Below are positions 10,901 to 22,145 of a DNA stretch of 64,000 bases, piece by piece. The notes beneath the pieces were generated by a model. That model searched no databases, had not been told where the DNA came from, and saw only the letters and a list, made by a program, of their open reading frames with translations. The translations under genes were made by a program, and so were the position numbers. The first letter of the stretch is position 1, and every line of letters starts with the position of its first letter. Origin of the DNA: Oculina patagonica (taxonomy: Eukaryota); assembly GCF_052425735.1 (NCBI RefSeq), contig NC_135770.1:37572001-37636000 (forward strand). Direction: 5' to 3'.

Positions 10901-13900
10901 TTACACACAGAGATAATGGCATAGTCACCTAATGAAGACATGTCAAGGCATTGGTGTGTATTCCTATTTGGTGCAATTTGGACCAGCTACCTGGGGGACA
11001 AACCTACTAAAGGGGCAGTGATGCTCGTCCTCTCGCTTAGGGGTGTAAATTTTGGGTTTTTGCTCTCACTTAGGGTGTTTCGGGCAAAACGCTAATTTTC
11101 CTAACAAACAGCTTTTGGGATGCCAGGCAAAAACAGTGTTTTGTCTGTGTTGCATAAGAAATCAGCCATTGTCTATGCCTTCTTAAATACTGATTTTTCA
11201 CAGTTATTTAAAATTCATACACCAATAGGGCCAATATGGGGTTTCATTTACCTGTTTGATTGTTAAAAGTAGTTTATGGTCACATTTGACTAATTATCAG
11301 GTGTACATGTATTTTTAGAATTTTTCGCATGAAATAAGTGAGACAATTCCAGGACTCAGTTCATCACTCTCCTTGGTAGTACAAGCAAGTCAAGCTTAAC
11401 AGTCAAGCTTAACAAAACAATCAAGGACCTTAAAGGTTGAAACATGAGTGAAGCCAAAGATATCCACTCATTTGAAATGCTGGTTAAATTTATTCAGCAG
11501 TGTATTATGCATGGTTCAATGTGACCTGTTTACAACCTACACCCCCTGCCCCCACCCCCTGGTAATCCCTGGGACAAGTTGGGCCCTTCGGGCCCGGGGA
11601 TGGGGAATTGTTTAAAGCAGTGTTGTCCTGGTGGGTGGGACAAATCAAAAAAATAACTTCTGGTTGTTCCTTTGATGTACCTAACTTCGTGGTTTAGATG
11701 CCGGCGGCTGACAAAACGAATGAAGATATAAGACTGGATATTCAAGAAAAAATCTGTCATATTTATTACAGAATGGTTGGAGAGCAAGAATTTATTAAAA
11801 TACTGCTCTTATTATAATTATTAAATAGTGTTATAGCACTGCCGGTAATCAAAACAGAACTTAATTACAGATTGATACCTGTACAAGTGTAATTATGGTC
11901 AGTCTTCTGATTGTATAAAATTGGTAGTTGATTTAAACTTATACAAAAAGAGACAGATATTTACTAGAAGCACTAGTTTAAATCATTAAAGAAAATTCAG
12001 TTTTGCTTTCCTATTTTGACCATAAATGTAGCTAGTATAATAACTTTCTGTCCTTGAGTTGTAACATCTTTCTTTCGAGGAAGTGTGGGGAATTAAATAG
12101 AGTTATATTTTCATATTTCTTTAAATATAGTAGACAGTTATTTAAATTTGTTATTTTATATCTGTAGTACTGGTATCCTTTGTTAAATTAACTCAAAAAC
12201 CGTTCAAGTTCTTGACAAAATGTCTGGCTTTCCTGTTGTATATCACAAAGCGACGTATTTATGGTCGATGGGGAGTCCTACGGAAAGGGAATTGCGTCTT
12301 TCTGTTTGCCTGGGGGTGGGGAATAGACCACCACGAAATAAAAAAAAGTATGCCTGGGGAGAGGGGGTGGTAACAGGTCAGATTAAACCATCCATTACAT
12401 CATCCTGGAGGCCAATCATTGTGCAATTTATGTTTTGGTTTCCTCCACCAAATCTACTCATTCTGCAGTGCTGGTGAGGATGTTAAAGTGAAGGCTTGAA
12501 AGCCATATAAGTATCTGGAAAAAGTTCTCCAGAGAAAATTAAATACATTATTTCACAGTAAGAGGTTATAGACTGAGGTGGTTATAGTTTTAAATGCCAG
12601 AATAATATTAAAGGAGAATCACACACTCTAGGATTATGGTGTCACTGTGACATTTGCAGACTGCAGATTGCAGACTGCAGACTTGCTGACTTTTCACTTT
12701 GGTTTAAGCCTTATACGTCACACTTCGGTTAGCCTACTATTCACTCCGGTTAGCCTACAGCTCACTCGGTTTAAGCTAGCCTGGATAGCATTTCGGTTAG
12801 CCTGTTTACAGTTAGCTTTTAATAATACGGTAATGGAAACACAATATATTCTCTTAGTCTGCTTCTGCAGTCTGCTGATGTCAGATACCGCAAGAATTAT
12901 CCCTTGGTACATCATGCATATCTCTTTTGCAAGCATGGCAACCCATCAATTTATATTTCTAGAGACTGTGCTTGGTACATGGAAGGAAACATTCAGGGAA
13001 ATGTACATGTATTGTGATTTCATGATTGTGCCCAGGAGCTTCCTTTTCTTTAAAATAGGTAGCTTTGATAGATGAAGCAAAGAAATATAACTGACAAAAT
13101 AAGGGCTCAAAAGTTCAAACTCTCACAAGAATGGAAAATGATTGATTTTACTGCTTTTGACTATATATATTTTTCCAACTAAGCTGTAAATTTGGAAGCA
13201 TTATTTTGGCGATACAAGGTGTAAGGTGTAAATAAACTGAGTAAAAATTTGTGCTCAGCTGACGGCATGACAGTGTTTCTTTATACCCGTGTCGAAAACG
13301 ATTATACGATCTAATACTGCGCAATTAAATAGCACGATAGATCCTATTAAATTGCAAAATGCAAAACACAACAGTGTGGAGAATACAAAATAAAGTGCTT
13401 CGCCAGCTTGGTTCGTTCGTGCCGCTTGAGAGCAACACGATCAATAATAAGCTAACTAAGCTTTTAGAAGTAGACATTTTCAATCCATTACTACAAACAG
13501 CATTATACAATACATTCACAAAGCTTCTTACCTTCAAATGCAGCTGTAAATGTGTTCGGGAAATGCAGAAAGATCCGACAAAACACCCTGTTAAAATCAC
13601 AAGATTCGGGCTTTCATGATCACTTGGTAAACACCGTCCAGACCGTCCAGTCCCCCAGTAAAATAATCTGACCAGACACGATCACAACGCATTTTCATTG
13701 GAAGAAACAACAACGCATATGATTGGGTCGAAAGGTGTTAGTCCATTTTGCAATCAGGACCATTATACAACGCTACATACAGAGGGTTCGAGCTGGCGGA
13801 GCCATACACAAGGTTAGTGAAAATACGTGAAAGGCAATTACAACTTAAAAGATCGTTAAATAACAAGAGAAATCGTCGAGTGTTTAAAGCAGTACCGTTC

Positions 13901-14682
13901 AACTAGGCAGTGAGCATTGGCTCGCTACCCTTTGTCAGAGAGAACAAATGAACAAACATCAGGAACAATGCCCCTAGCCCCAAACACAATATATAGCAAC
14001 TGCTACACTGGAGGACCAGTAGAATTGTAAGCTTGCGATAGCTGCGACACTACTTATAAATTACTTATAAATGTTTCTTGATCTCCAGTAGCTATGATTT
14101 CATCGGGGTAAAAAATAACACACTAACTAGCTGAATTTTGTCACTGCTATCAGAGCTCGAGCAGTTCGAATTTCAGGTTGACCTAACTATGTCTCGACCT
14201 CCCAGGGAAAAATAATAAAACCACAGAATCCAGAGTCTTCAACCAGAGTCCCCTTAAGGTTTTCATCCAATAACAGTAAAAATTTCAAACAAAAGAATCA
14301 GTGTGTTTGTGATCTGACCAATCATGTTCGAGCAGTAAAATTGTTAGACATTGGAGGAGACAATTTTGATTGGCTTTTAATTATTGTGTTCAAACTTTGC
14401 TAATTTGAACAGCATCACAAACAAACCCAGTCCAGACGAGAGAATATTCTGCAAGGTACACCAACAAACAAACAAACAAACAACAACAACAACAACAACA
14501 ATAAAGTGCATTCCAGTTTTGAACTCAGCTGCAAAACAACACTGACTGTGGCAACAAAATAATTTTGCAACCTGCATTCATGAGCAAATGATTTTGTATC
14601 CAACACAGGCAAAACAACTGAATGAAATGGCAAATGAAATCAATACAATGAATTTTAAGTAACTAATCTTACAAAAAATTTC

Positions 14683-14983
14683 CACAGCACAAAAACATAA
14701 GTTTACTGTGGTGTAAAGCTCAAGTAAAGCTTCAATAAAGCTGGCGTAAATTTGGAATTTAATCAGCTTGACACTAACTTAACAATTTTTAAAGCTGACC
14801 TTTATGCCAGCTTTACACTCAATTGTAAAGGCAGATAATTAAATCACATTTACACACGGTAGTGTAAAGCCCGGTTTAACCACCTTTAAAAACATTTAAT
14901 TGATGGTGTGAAGTTAGATAACCAACTTTACACCAGATTTAACCACCTTTAATTTCATGTAAAATCCCAATTTTTATGCTGTG
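14683..14983. mobile_element. CACTA/EnSpm-like MITE
   Basis: cacagcacaaaaa ... tttttatgctgtg, 3-bp TSD ttc, repeated subterminal gtgtaaagc/gctttacac motifs. Confidence 0.55.
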
Positions 14984-15028
14984 TTCATGGGATATCTTTT
15001 TCTCATTATAGAACTTTAAGGCTTCAGC

Positions 15029-16267
15029 ATGTTTTCAACCCAAGCAGATAACCTGGACAGTGGACCTGAGAAAATTTACAGCTTGAAAGCAGGTGCCCCT
15101 AGCACTCGCTTGCGGCAGAAGTGTGCTGATCTTGTTCAGAAAGCAACAATTTCACTTCACAAATTAGATCAATGCCCGAATGCCTTCATGTATGGCGCAG
15201 ATCCAGGCGCGTCCTTATTCAGGCAAGAGACAGCCAAGTTTCTCACTGAGCAGTATGCCGACACTGTCAGTCATGAAGACTTGTGGGTGAACGCTGGTGC
15301 TGCGCAAGGCCTTGCATTCCTAGGAAACTTTCTCTTTCAACCTGGGGATGTGGTGTTTGCTGAGGACCCAGCATATTTCGTTGGTCTCAGGGCCTTGCGA
15401 GATGATCTGGGAATGAAAGTGATTGGTGTCCCATGTGATAAAGATGGAATAATTGTTGAGGAGCTTGAAAAACTAATGATGGAACATTCTCATGAACTGC
15501 GGCCACCGACAGACAAAAAGCCTTACTCTGCTATGTTGTATTGTGTACCCACATTCAACAACCCAACTGGTTCATTTCTTCCAGCAGAGCGGTGCACGAA
15601 GATTATTGAGCTGATCCGTAAACACAATGTGCTTGCTTTTTGTGATGATGTGTACAACTTATTGTCATACACAGATGACGAACCACGTCCACAAAGGCTT
15701 TTTGCATTTGACGACAAGTCTAATGCTGATTACAGAGGAAATGTCATTTCAAATGCTTCTTTTTCAAAATTTCTTGCCCCTGGGTTGCGTCTTGGGTGGA
15801 TGGAAGTCCCTGAACGTGTGCGAGATTTGTTGAAAACTAGTGCTTACGCCAGTAGCGGTGGATGTTTTAACCACTACATTTCGTGCATTATTGCTGTTGC
15901 ACTGCAAGAGGGTTTAGTTAAGGATCATTTATTGATGGTTCGCAAGGTTTTCAAATCCCAACTTAATACATTGTGTGATTCCCTTGATAAGTATATACCT
16001 GGTCAATTTTCTTACCAAAGGCCCAAAGGAGGTTATTTTGTGTGGGTCACTTTTCCTTCAGAAGTTGATTGTGACAAATTGCTTGATCTCTGTCAGAAAA
16101 AGTATTTTGTAGTGTTCAACAATGGCACACGATTTGCTGCTAGTTCTGGAAAGTTTAAGAATTGTATGCGATTGAGTTTTGCTTTCAATGAATGTGATGT
16201 CATTGAACATTGTGTGAAGCAGATAGGACTGGCTCTGAAAGAGCTTCTTGGGGATTGTAGTGACTGA
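15029..16267 (+). CDS. PLP-dependent aminotransferase class I/II, paralog 2, intronless CDS, 412 aa
   Basis: Colinear with paralog 1: MYG, VNAGAAQGL, EDPAY, VPTFNNPTG, DDVY, SFSKFLAPGLRLGW, PKGGYFVWV, CMRLSFAF. Splice acceptor ttctcattatag at 15011, candidate donor aag|gttagt at 13813 (5'UTR intron). Confidence 0.93.
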   Translation: MFSTQADNLDSGPEKIYSLKAGAPSTRLRQKCADLVQKATISLHKLDQCPNAFMYGADPGASLFRQETAKFLTEQYADTVSHEDLWVNAGAAQGLAFLGNFLFQPGDVVFAEDPAYFVGLRALRDDLGMKVIGVPCDKDGIIVEELEKLMMEHSHELRPPTDKKPYSAMLYCVPTFNNPTGSFLPAERCTKIIELIRKHNVLAFCDDVYNLLSYTDDEPRPQRLFAFDDKSNADYRGNVISNASFSKFLAPGLRLGWMEVPERVRDLLKTSAYASSGGCFNHYISCIIAVALQEGLVKDHLLMVRKVFKSQLNTLCDSLDKYIPGQFSYQRPKGGYFVWVTFPSEVDCDKLLDLCQKKYFVVFNNGTRFAASSGKFKNCMRLSFAFNECDVIEHCVKQIGLALKELLGDCSD

Positions 16268-16323
16268 TTTGGTATGCGTTGTAATTAGTTAAATTGCCAT
16301 TCAGGTATCTTGCCGGCTAGATG

Positions 16324-16385
16324 TAATGTCGTTCCCAGATTTCTTGTGGACAAAGCCGTCTACAAGAGATCTGGGAACAAGATTA
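16324..16385. mobile_element. 62-bp TIR mini-element with 9-bp TSD in the 3'UTR region of aminotransferase 2
   Basis: taatgtcgttcccagat ... atctgggaacaagatta; flanks ggctagatg / ggccagatg (1 mismatch). Confidence 0.65.
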
Positions 16386-16875
16386 GGCCAGATGCCTGTA
16401 AAAATAATTAAAATTGAGGTGAGATAATACAATAACATGAATAAGTTTTTAAAAAGTTCTTGTGAATGTTAGCTTGACACTGTGAAATTGTCCAAAAAGC
16501 ATTGTATATAATTATCAATATCACTTTTGAATATTATTAATTTTTTCTATAAATTCTACCTAGGTACTAGGTCTGACTTAAATACAATGTTATTTTCTGA
16601 GAACTTCTGTTTTCTTCAATGTTAATGATAAGCTGTTACATTAAAGGTCGACATCATTATTGTTCTTGATTTATGCTTTGATTTGTTAAATTTGTTCCAA
16701 GTGGCCTGGTTCATGCAGGTATTTCTTTTATTTAATTTTTTTGTCAAATGAATTAATATGGCTACTTTCATTATTTACTCCACTCTGTTAACTTTATCCT
16801 CAAGTATTCTCTTGGTTTACATGTATTTCCAGTCTCATATTTTTTGTTCACTGGAACTGAGTTTTCACCCTGAGG

Positions 16876-17593
16876 GCGGGGGGGGGGGACTCCCTAGAAA
16901 TGGACGGGGATGCTCTTCGTCTCGCTTAGGGGTATAAATTTCTGACTTTGGGTCTCGCTTAGGGTGTTTTGGGAAAAATGGCAATATTTTAGCCATCAGG
17001 GTCTCGTTTAGGGTTACACACGAAGAAATATACAAATATAAGTTCTCTTTTCAGAATTTTGGTATCTTTTAGGGTCTAAAATACCGTCGCTTGCATCTAA
17101 GCGTGAACACAAGCCGCGGAAACATGATCTAATTGGGTATCAAACATGGCATGTTTCGTCATGAAACATTGAAGTTTAGCAGACCGTAACGACAACTTTC
17201 ACGCTCAAAATGCTCACCGTTAATACTGAGAACAGGCGAAACTTTGCAGCAGAAGTGATTCAAGTGAACCTGCAAATGCATATCGACACAGATCAGGATC
17301 AATTTGTCAAAGGAAGTCTTGATATCCAATCTTTCCGCCATTTCGACTGTTTCGAAACCGGAATGTGTTGAAGTTTCGGCACGAAAGTTGCCGTTACGGT
17401 CTGCTAAACTTCAAATGTTTGATGACCAATCATGCCACGTTTGATACCCAATTAGATCATGTTTCGGCGGCACGTGTTCACGCTTAGATGCAAGCGACGG
17501 TAGCTTGAGCCGTGCCCAGATTGGTCTCTTTTAGGGGTTATTTTCAAAATTTCCGACGAGAATCCCTGTCCCTTTAATATGGGAGTCCCCCCC
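16876..17593. mobile_element. GGGGGACTCCC-type TIR element, host of a nested MITE
   Basis: ggggggactccc ... gggagtccccccc termini; body with repeated tctcgcttaggg; interrupted at 17082-17502. Confidence 0.6.
17082..17502. mobile_element. TA-flanked Tc1/mariner/pogo-type MITE with ~115-bp TIRs
   Basis: ta|ccgtcgcttgcatctaagcgtgaacac ... gtgttcacgcttagatgcaagcgacgg|ta. Confidence 0.8.
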
Positions 17594-17714
17594 AGGGTTT
17601 TCACCCCATATGCTGCCCCATCCCTGCAGTGAAACTCACATTTTGTCAATGAGACATTGATTAAAAATAGTATACCTCATCTGAAACCTATACCTGGGTT
17701 GTTGGTGTATCAGG

Positions 17715-18179
17715 CCCGGGGGTGGGGGTGGGGGTGGGGGGGGGGGGGGGGCACTCCAATATATGAGCTATATAGGTATGTGCCGTTGTGAAGGGTATGG
17801 TTTTCAAGCAGTTTAGTCTGGGATAGGGTATAGAAATCAGAGAGTTTTGGTCTAGAATAGGGTATCATTTGCCGAGAAACTGATCAGTGGTATAAAGAAT
17901 TAAGTCCAGAATAGGAATAGAAACTCGGAAGAGAAAGAGGCTTCTCTAGACGTGAATAAAATCATTGTGACAACGTTGTTGACAGATGGTTTTCCATTAA
18001 AAACACTTATAGTGATGCAGTTCTAAAAAGAAGCAAGTCAGGGATAGGGTAGGGATGTTTGGTATCTAGTCTAGTATAGGGTTGCAAAACCAGCTAAAGA
18101 TGGTCTGGTATAGGGTAAGGGTTTCAGAGTCCCAGCAGCACACCCCCACCCAGAAATATACAGGGTGCCCCCCAGGGGG
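17715..18179. mobile_element. Non-autonomous DNA element with 8-bp TSD
   Basis: gtatcagg at 17707-17714 and 18180-18187; G-rich ggggggcac... / ...gtgcccccc ends. Confidence 0.6.
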
Positions 18180-19453
18180 GTATCAGGCTGGTACTTTCAG
18201 GGACTAATAATTGCGATAAAAAGCTATGCTTTTGATATGCTTTCAATAATGCATGTGACCTGAGCCTGGGCTCTTTTAGTCAGCATCTGATGTTTACAAA
18301 ACACGTCTGAGTATTTGAAATCTTTGACTTCATCGATTTGATGTCTATACTTTGTTGATGCAACTGGGAAAAACATTAACAATGCCAAAGTATTGTTTAT
18401 TTAGTCAATGATGTCATGGTATCAGTATTGATATCAATCAAATAAACCAGTATCCTATCGAACTGAAAAACTGGTTTCAACTCATCCTCGCACATGACAT
18501 AACACTTAATAAGATCATTTAAGGCATTACCAGCTTCCCCCTGAGCCAACCACTGGGATACATCACCAATTTTGTGTTAAGGTAAAAAAAAATCAGAGCT
18601 CAGCTGCCCATTCCCCCCTGAAAGGACCCAAAATTGCACTTAATAAGTGCAAAAACTCATACTTCAAGCACTTTTCTCATATCCAGGAGTTTTGGTGACC
18701 CATATGGGAGATTAGGAGTCTTGGTCGGTATCCAGGAGACTCTGGATAATCCTGGAGATTTGACTGGAAAATACAAGACAATCACATGGAATCTATGCCC
18801 TGGGTTGAGAGGAAATTTAAGTTGAAGTCTGAGAAAGGGAAATACCTGGTATTTGCAAATTTTTGTGGCCCAGTAAAATTCCCTCAGCCCTGGCCCTAGG
18901 AAAAAACATTGCCTTTCCCTTTTAAATATACAAATATGTGCATCAAAGCTGTAGAAGGCAAACCAACGCAAGGCATAAAAAGAATTTGTAACAAAAAAAA
19001 TCTGCCAACTTGTACATTTATTTGCGAGCCCTAAACAACACAAATATCTGCAGCATACAGTCATATAAAAACCTACTTACAATATATTAAAACTCTCTGG
19101 TGCTTTCATCTAGTTCTACAACCTTTCTCTATAATGTAAATAAATGCTATCAAAAGATTGACTAAGTGTAATGTAAGTTATAAGCTTACTTTCATAATCT
19201 GCTAATTACTTTGAAGCTTACAGTAACACATGCCGATGAGCTTCATTGAAGTGCATGCAGTGTGGAGATAAAGCAAGTTCACTATGCCTTCTAAGCTATA
19301 AAGGCTAGAGAAAGCAACATATAAGATATAAATAACAACTATGATCAAAATAAATACAGTATCTCAAAGAAATTACTCAAACTAAATCTACTCCAAGTTC
19401 AAATTCGCGCTCTGTTTACATTACTAACGACTATAGCAACGGACAAGTTACAA

Positions 19454-19696
19454 TCATCTTCCCTTGTCGGTGTCAGAGAAATCCTTGTCAGATTCTAAAT
19501 CTTCTTCGTAAGGTTCTCCCATTCCAGAATGATCCATCAGATCTGTGAGCCCTTTCTCTAACTCATCTAGTCTCTTGCCAGTTTCAGTCATTCTTTTCGT
19601 GATCGAATCTTCGACATTTTGGAACTTCTCTTGCATGTTCTGAAGCGTCGATTGCACAAATTGCATCAGTTCTGGAACGCTTGTCGGGTTTTCCAT
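19454..19696 (-). CDS. HSBP1: Heat shock factor binding protein 1-like, 80 aa, intronless CDS
   Basis: MENPTSVPELMQFVQSTLQNMQEKFQNVEDSITKRMTETGKRLDELEKGLTDLM matches the HSBP1 coiled coil (P.TVQDL...VQ.LLQQMQDKFQ.MSD.I..RID....RIDDLEK.IADLM). The upstream ATG at 19720 lies inside a predicted 71-nt 5'UTR intron 19705-19775 (gtaag...ttgcag). Confidence 0.88.
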   Translation of the reverse strand: MENPTSVPELMQFVQSTLQNMQEKFQNVEDSITKRMTETGKRLDELEKGLTDLMDHSGMGEPYEEDLESDKDFSDTDKGR

Positions 19697-20205
19697 CGTG
19701 TCTTCTGCAAAAACGATCATACAGAAATTTGATTTCGAACAAGATTTTAAAATAAGATGGGTAATAGAACCTTACCAAGACTTGAATTTGCTTCAAAACT
19801 GCTTAGATTCTTTAGAATTTAGACGCCCAGATCAATCTCAGAATCTTCCCAACAGCGTGTGGCCTCGCAAGGACGGCGTCTTCACTTTGACCTCAAGTGC
19901 CCGATTGTTGTTGTCCAATGAGAAGCAAGGAAATAATAAACTTCATTAGCGTCAGCCAATCAGATCAAGGCTTATATGATAATACACAGGCAGTGCAAAT
20001 TAAATAAATTACTTTTATTTTGAATTTCAGTTGAAATAAACACAGTGAAAAAAAGCCCCCAAAATAGGTAAGCTCGATTAGAATTAAAAACAAATCGCTT
20101 TTGAAATAAGTGCTCGAAAGAAAGAAACAATTAATCTTTCCTATTCCTCATTCTTCAAATGAAATATCTTATTAGCCAAGCCTAAACGCCGAGCTACACA
20201 TTGGC

Positions 20206-21858
20206 CATTCTCGTCCCCATAGCCCTTTTCGTTTCTCTTAGCCGGCAGGGCCTTGGCACGAGAAAACGAAGGGGGGGCGCTTTCCATTCGACCAAAAATT
20301 CCGGAAATTTTGGAACAAGGACGAATGGTACAGAAATTTCCTGGGAAAGTTTCCAGAAAATCCGGAAAGTGTTGACTTTCCGAAATGCGAACCATTCAAC
20401 CGAAAATCCTGGAAATTGTTTTCGAAAATTTGGGTCTACCTCGCGAGGTTGTCCTCTTTTCCGGAAATTTTGGAAAAAGCTACCATTTTACACTCAGCCT
20501 AAGTTCCTTCGGCAGAAAATTTAGCTATTTGTGCAGCTGAAAGCAGCTACATGTGTTAAGGAAGCATTCTTGAAACTCCAAATAAAAAATTTAGGTGAAC
20601 CCGGTTGTTTTTCGTTGTTGTTTTGCAGGCGGCAGCAAACTGAAATGTACAATTATTTATAACGCGCGTGCAGGCTACGCCATTGTTTTGCTCATTAAAC
20701 TTTTTGGGTTGGCGACTTTTTCGTTGCTTGTAGTGTGCCTTTTGAAAGGTCCCTGTATTTGTCGCCACGATGTCATTCATGGCGTTTATATTCAGTGCTC
20801 GGAATGCTTTTTATTTGCAAAAATAACGAGTTATATGTGCAGGAAACTGGCCACAGTGCATTATTTTAATGCACCGTAGAAATTTCCATTTTAGACGCAC
20901 GACCTGACCATATGCAAATTTTGTTTTGCCTTCCGTGCAGTCAACCGGAAAAGTTGGAAAATGCTGTTCCCTTTGCCACTGGAATTTTCTGGAAACTCAA
21001 ACCAGAATTTTTGGTCGAATGGAAAGCGCCCAGGATTTCCAGTCCTAGATTCTAGGACTGTATGGAATTGTCCTCTTTTCCGGAAATTTTGGAAAAACTA
21101 CCATTTTACACTCAGCCCAAGTTCCTTCGGCAGAAAATTTAGCTATTTGTTAAGGAAGCATTCTTGAAACTCCAAATAAAAAATTTAGGTGAACCCGGTT
21201 GTTTTTCGTTGTTGTTTTGCAGGCGGCAGCAAACTGAAATGTACAATTATTTATAACGCGCGTGCAGGCTACGCCATTGTTTTGCTCATTAAACTTTTTG
21301 GGTTGGCGACTTTTTCGTTGCTTGTAGTGTGCCTTTTGAAAGGTCCCTGTATTTGTCGCCACGATGTCATTCATGGCGTTTATATTCAGTGCTCGGAATG
21401 CTTTTTATTTGCAAAAATAACGAGTTATATGTGCAGGAAACTGGCCACAGTGCATTATTTTAATGCACCGTAGAAATTTCCATTTTAGACGCACGACCTG
21501 ACCATATGCAAATTTTGTTTTGCCTTCCGTGCAGTCAACCGGAAAAGTTGGAAAATGCTGTTCCCTTTGCCACTGGAATTTTCTGGAAACTCAAACCAGA
21601 ATTTTTGGTCGAATGGAAAGCGCCCAGGATTTCCAGTCCTAGATTCTAGGACTTCCGGTGTTCATGTATGCAGTCATGAAGTTTCTAAAGAATGTATGAG
21701 AGAGTCGTTACGTTTTCGACTTCCGTTTAGGAATTCTTTGTTTCAAACAGCCAATAAAAAAAATTCGAATTAATTCAAAAATCCTATGTCCCCAGAGCCC
21801 TCCGTTTTCTCGTGCCAATCCGGCTAAGAGAAACGAAAGGACTATGGGGACGAGAATG
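20206..21858. mobile_element. 1.65-kb TIR element with 9-bp TSD, containing a nested GGGCGCTTTCCATTCGACC-type MITE
   Basis: cattctcgtccccatag ... ctatggggacgagaatg; perfect TSD cacattggc at 20197-20205 and 21859-21867. Inner MITE termini gggcgctttccattcgacc (20276) / ggtcgaatggaaagcgccc (to 21031 and again to 21625). Confidence 0.85.
20449..21653. repeat. Near-identical tandem duplication, period 594 bp (about 20449-21059 and 21068-21653)
   Basis: Identical ORF translations 594 bp apart (20595/21189, 20556/21150); copy 1 has an extra ~26 bp near 20531-20555. Confidence 0.95.
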
Positions 21859-22145
21859 CACATTGGCGAAATTGAGAATTATTATTTTTGCTATCTTTTG
21901 AGCAGCGATTGAGTTACAGTGAACATCGAACGCGAACCACCAGCTACCGCCATTCCCCTCCCTACCCACCCCCAGTAGTGTACTCAAAGCGAGGCTTGTC
22001 TGTATCAAGCGTCTCGTGTTGCTACGCAACTCAAAAAGGACCTAAATATTACGCCCGCCATTTTGAAACCCATTCATGAACTTGAACTCCGCCGATACAG
22101 AGTGTGAAAAGACTTGTGCGCTTTAATTGCAATCCTTAGGATGTG

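Noticed and set aside
19697-19720. N-terminal extension MIVFAEDT of HSBP1
   Set aside because: The upstream ATG falls in a predicted 71-nt GT-AG intron; similarity to HSBP1 starts near the second Met.
20556-21773. Duplicated 68-94 aa ORFs as a gene pair
   Set aside because: They lie inside a duplicated MITE; no coding features or recognisable domain.
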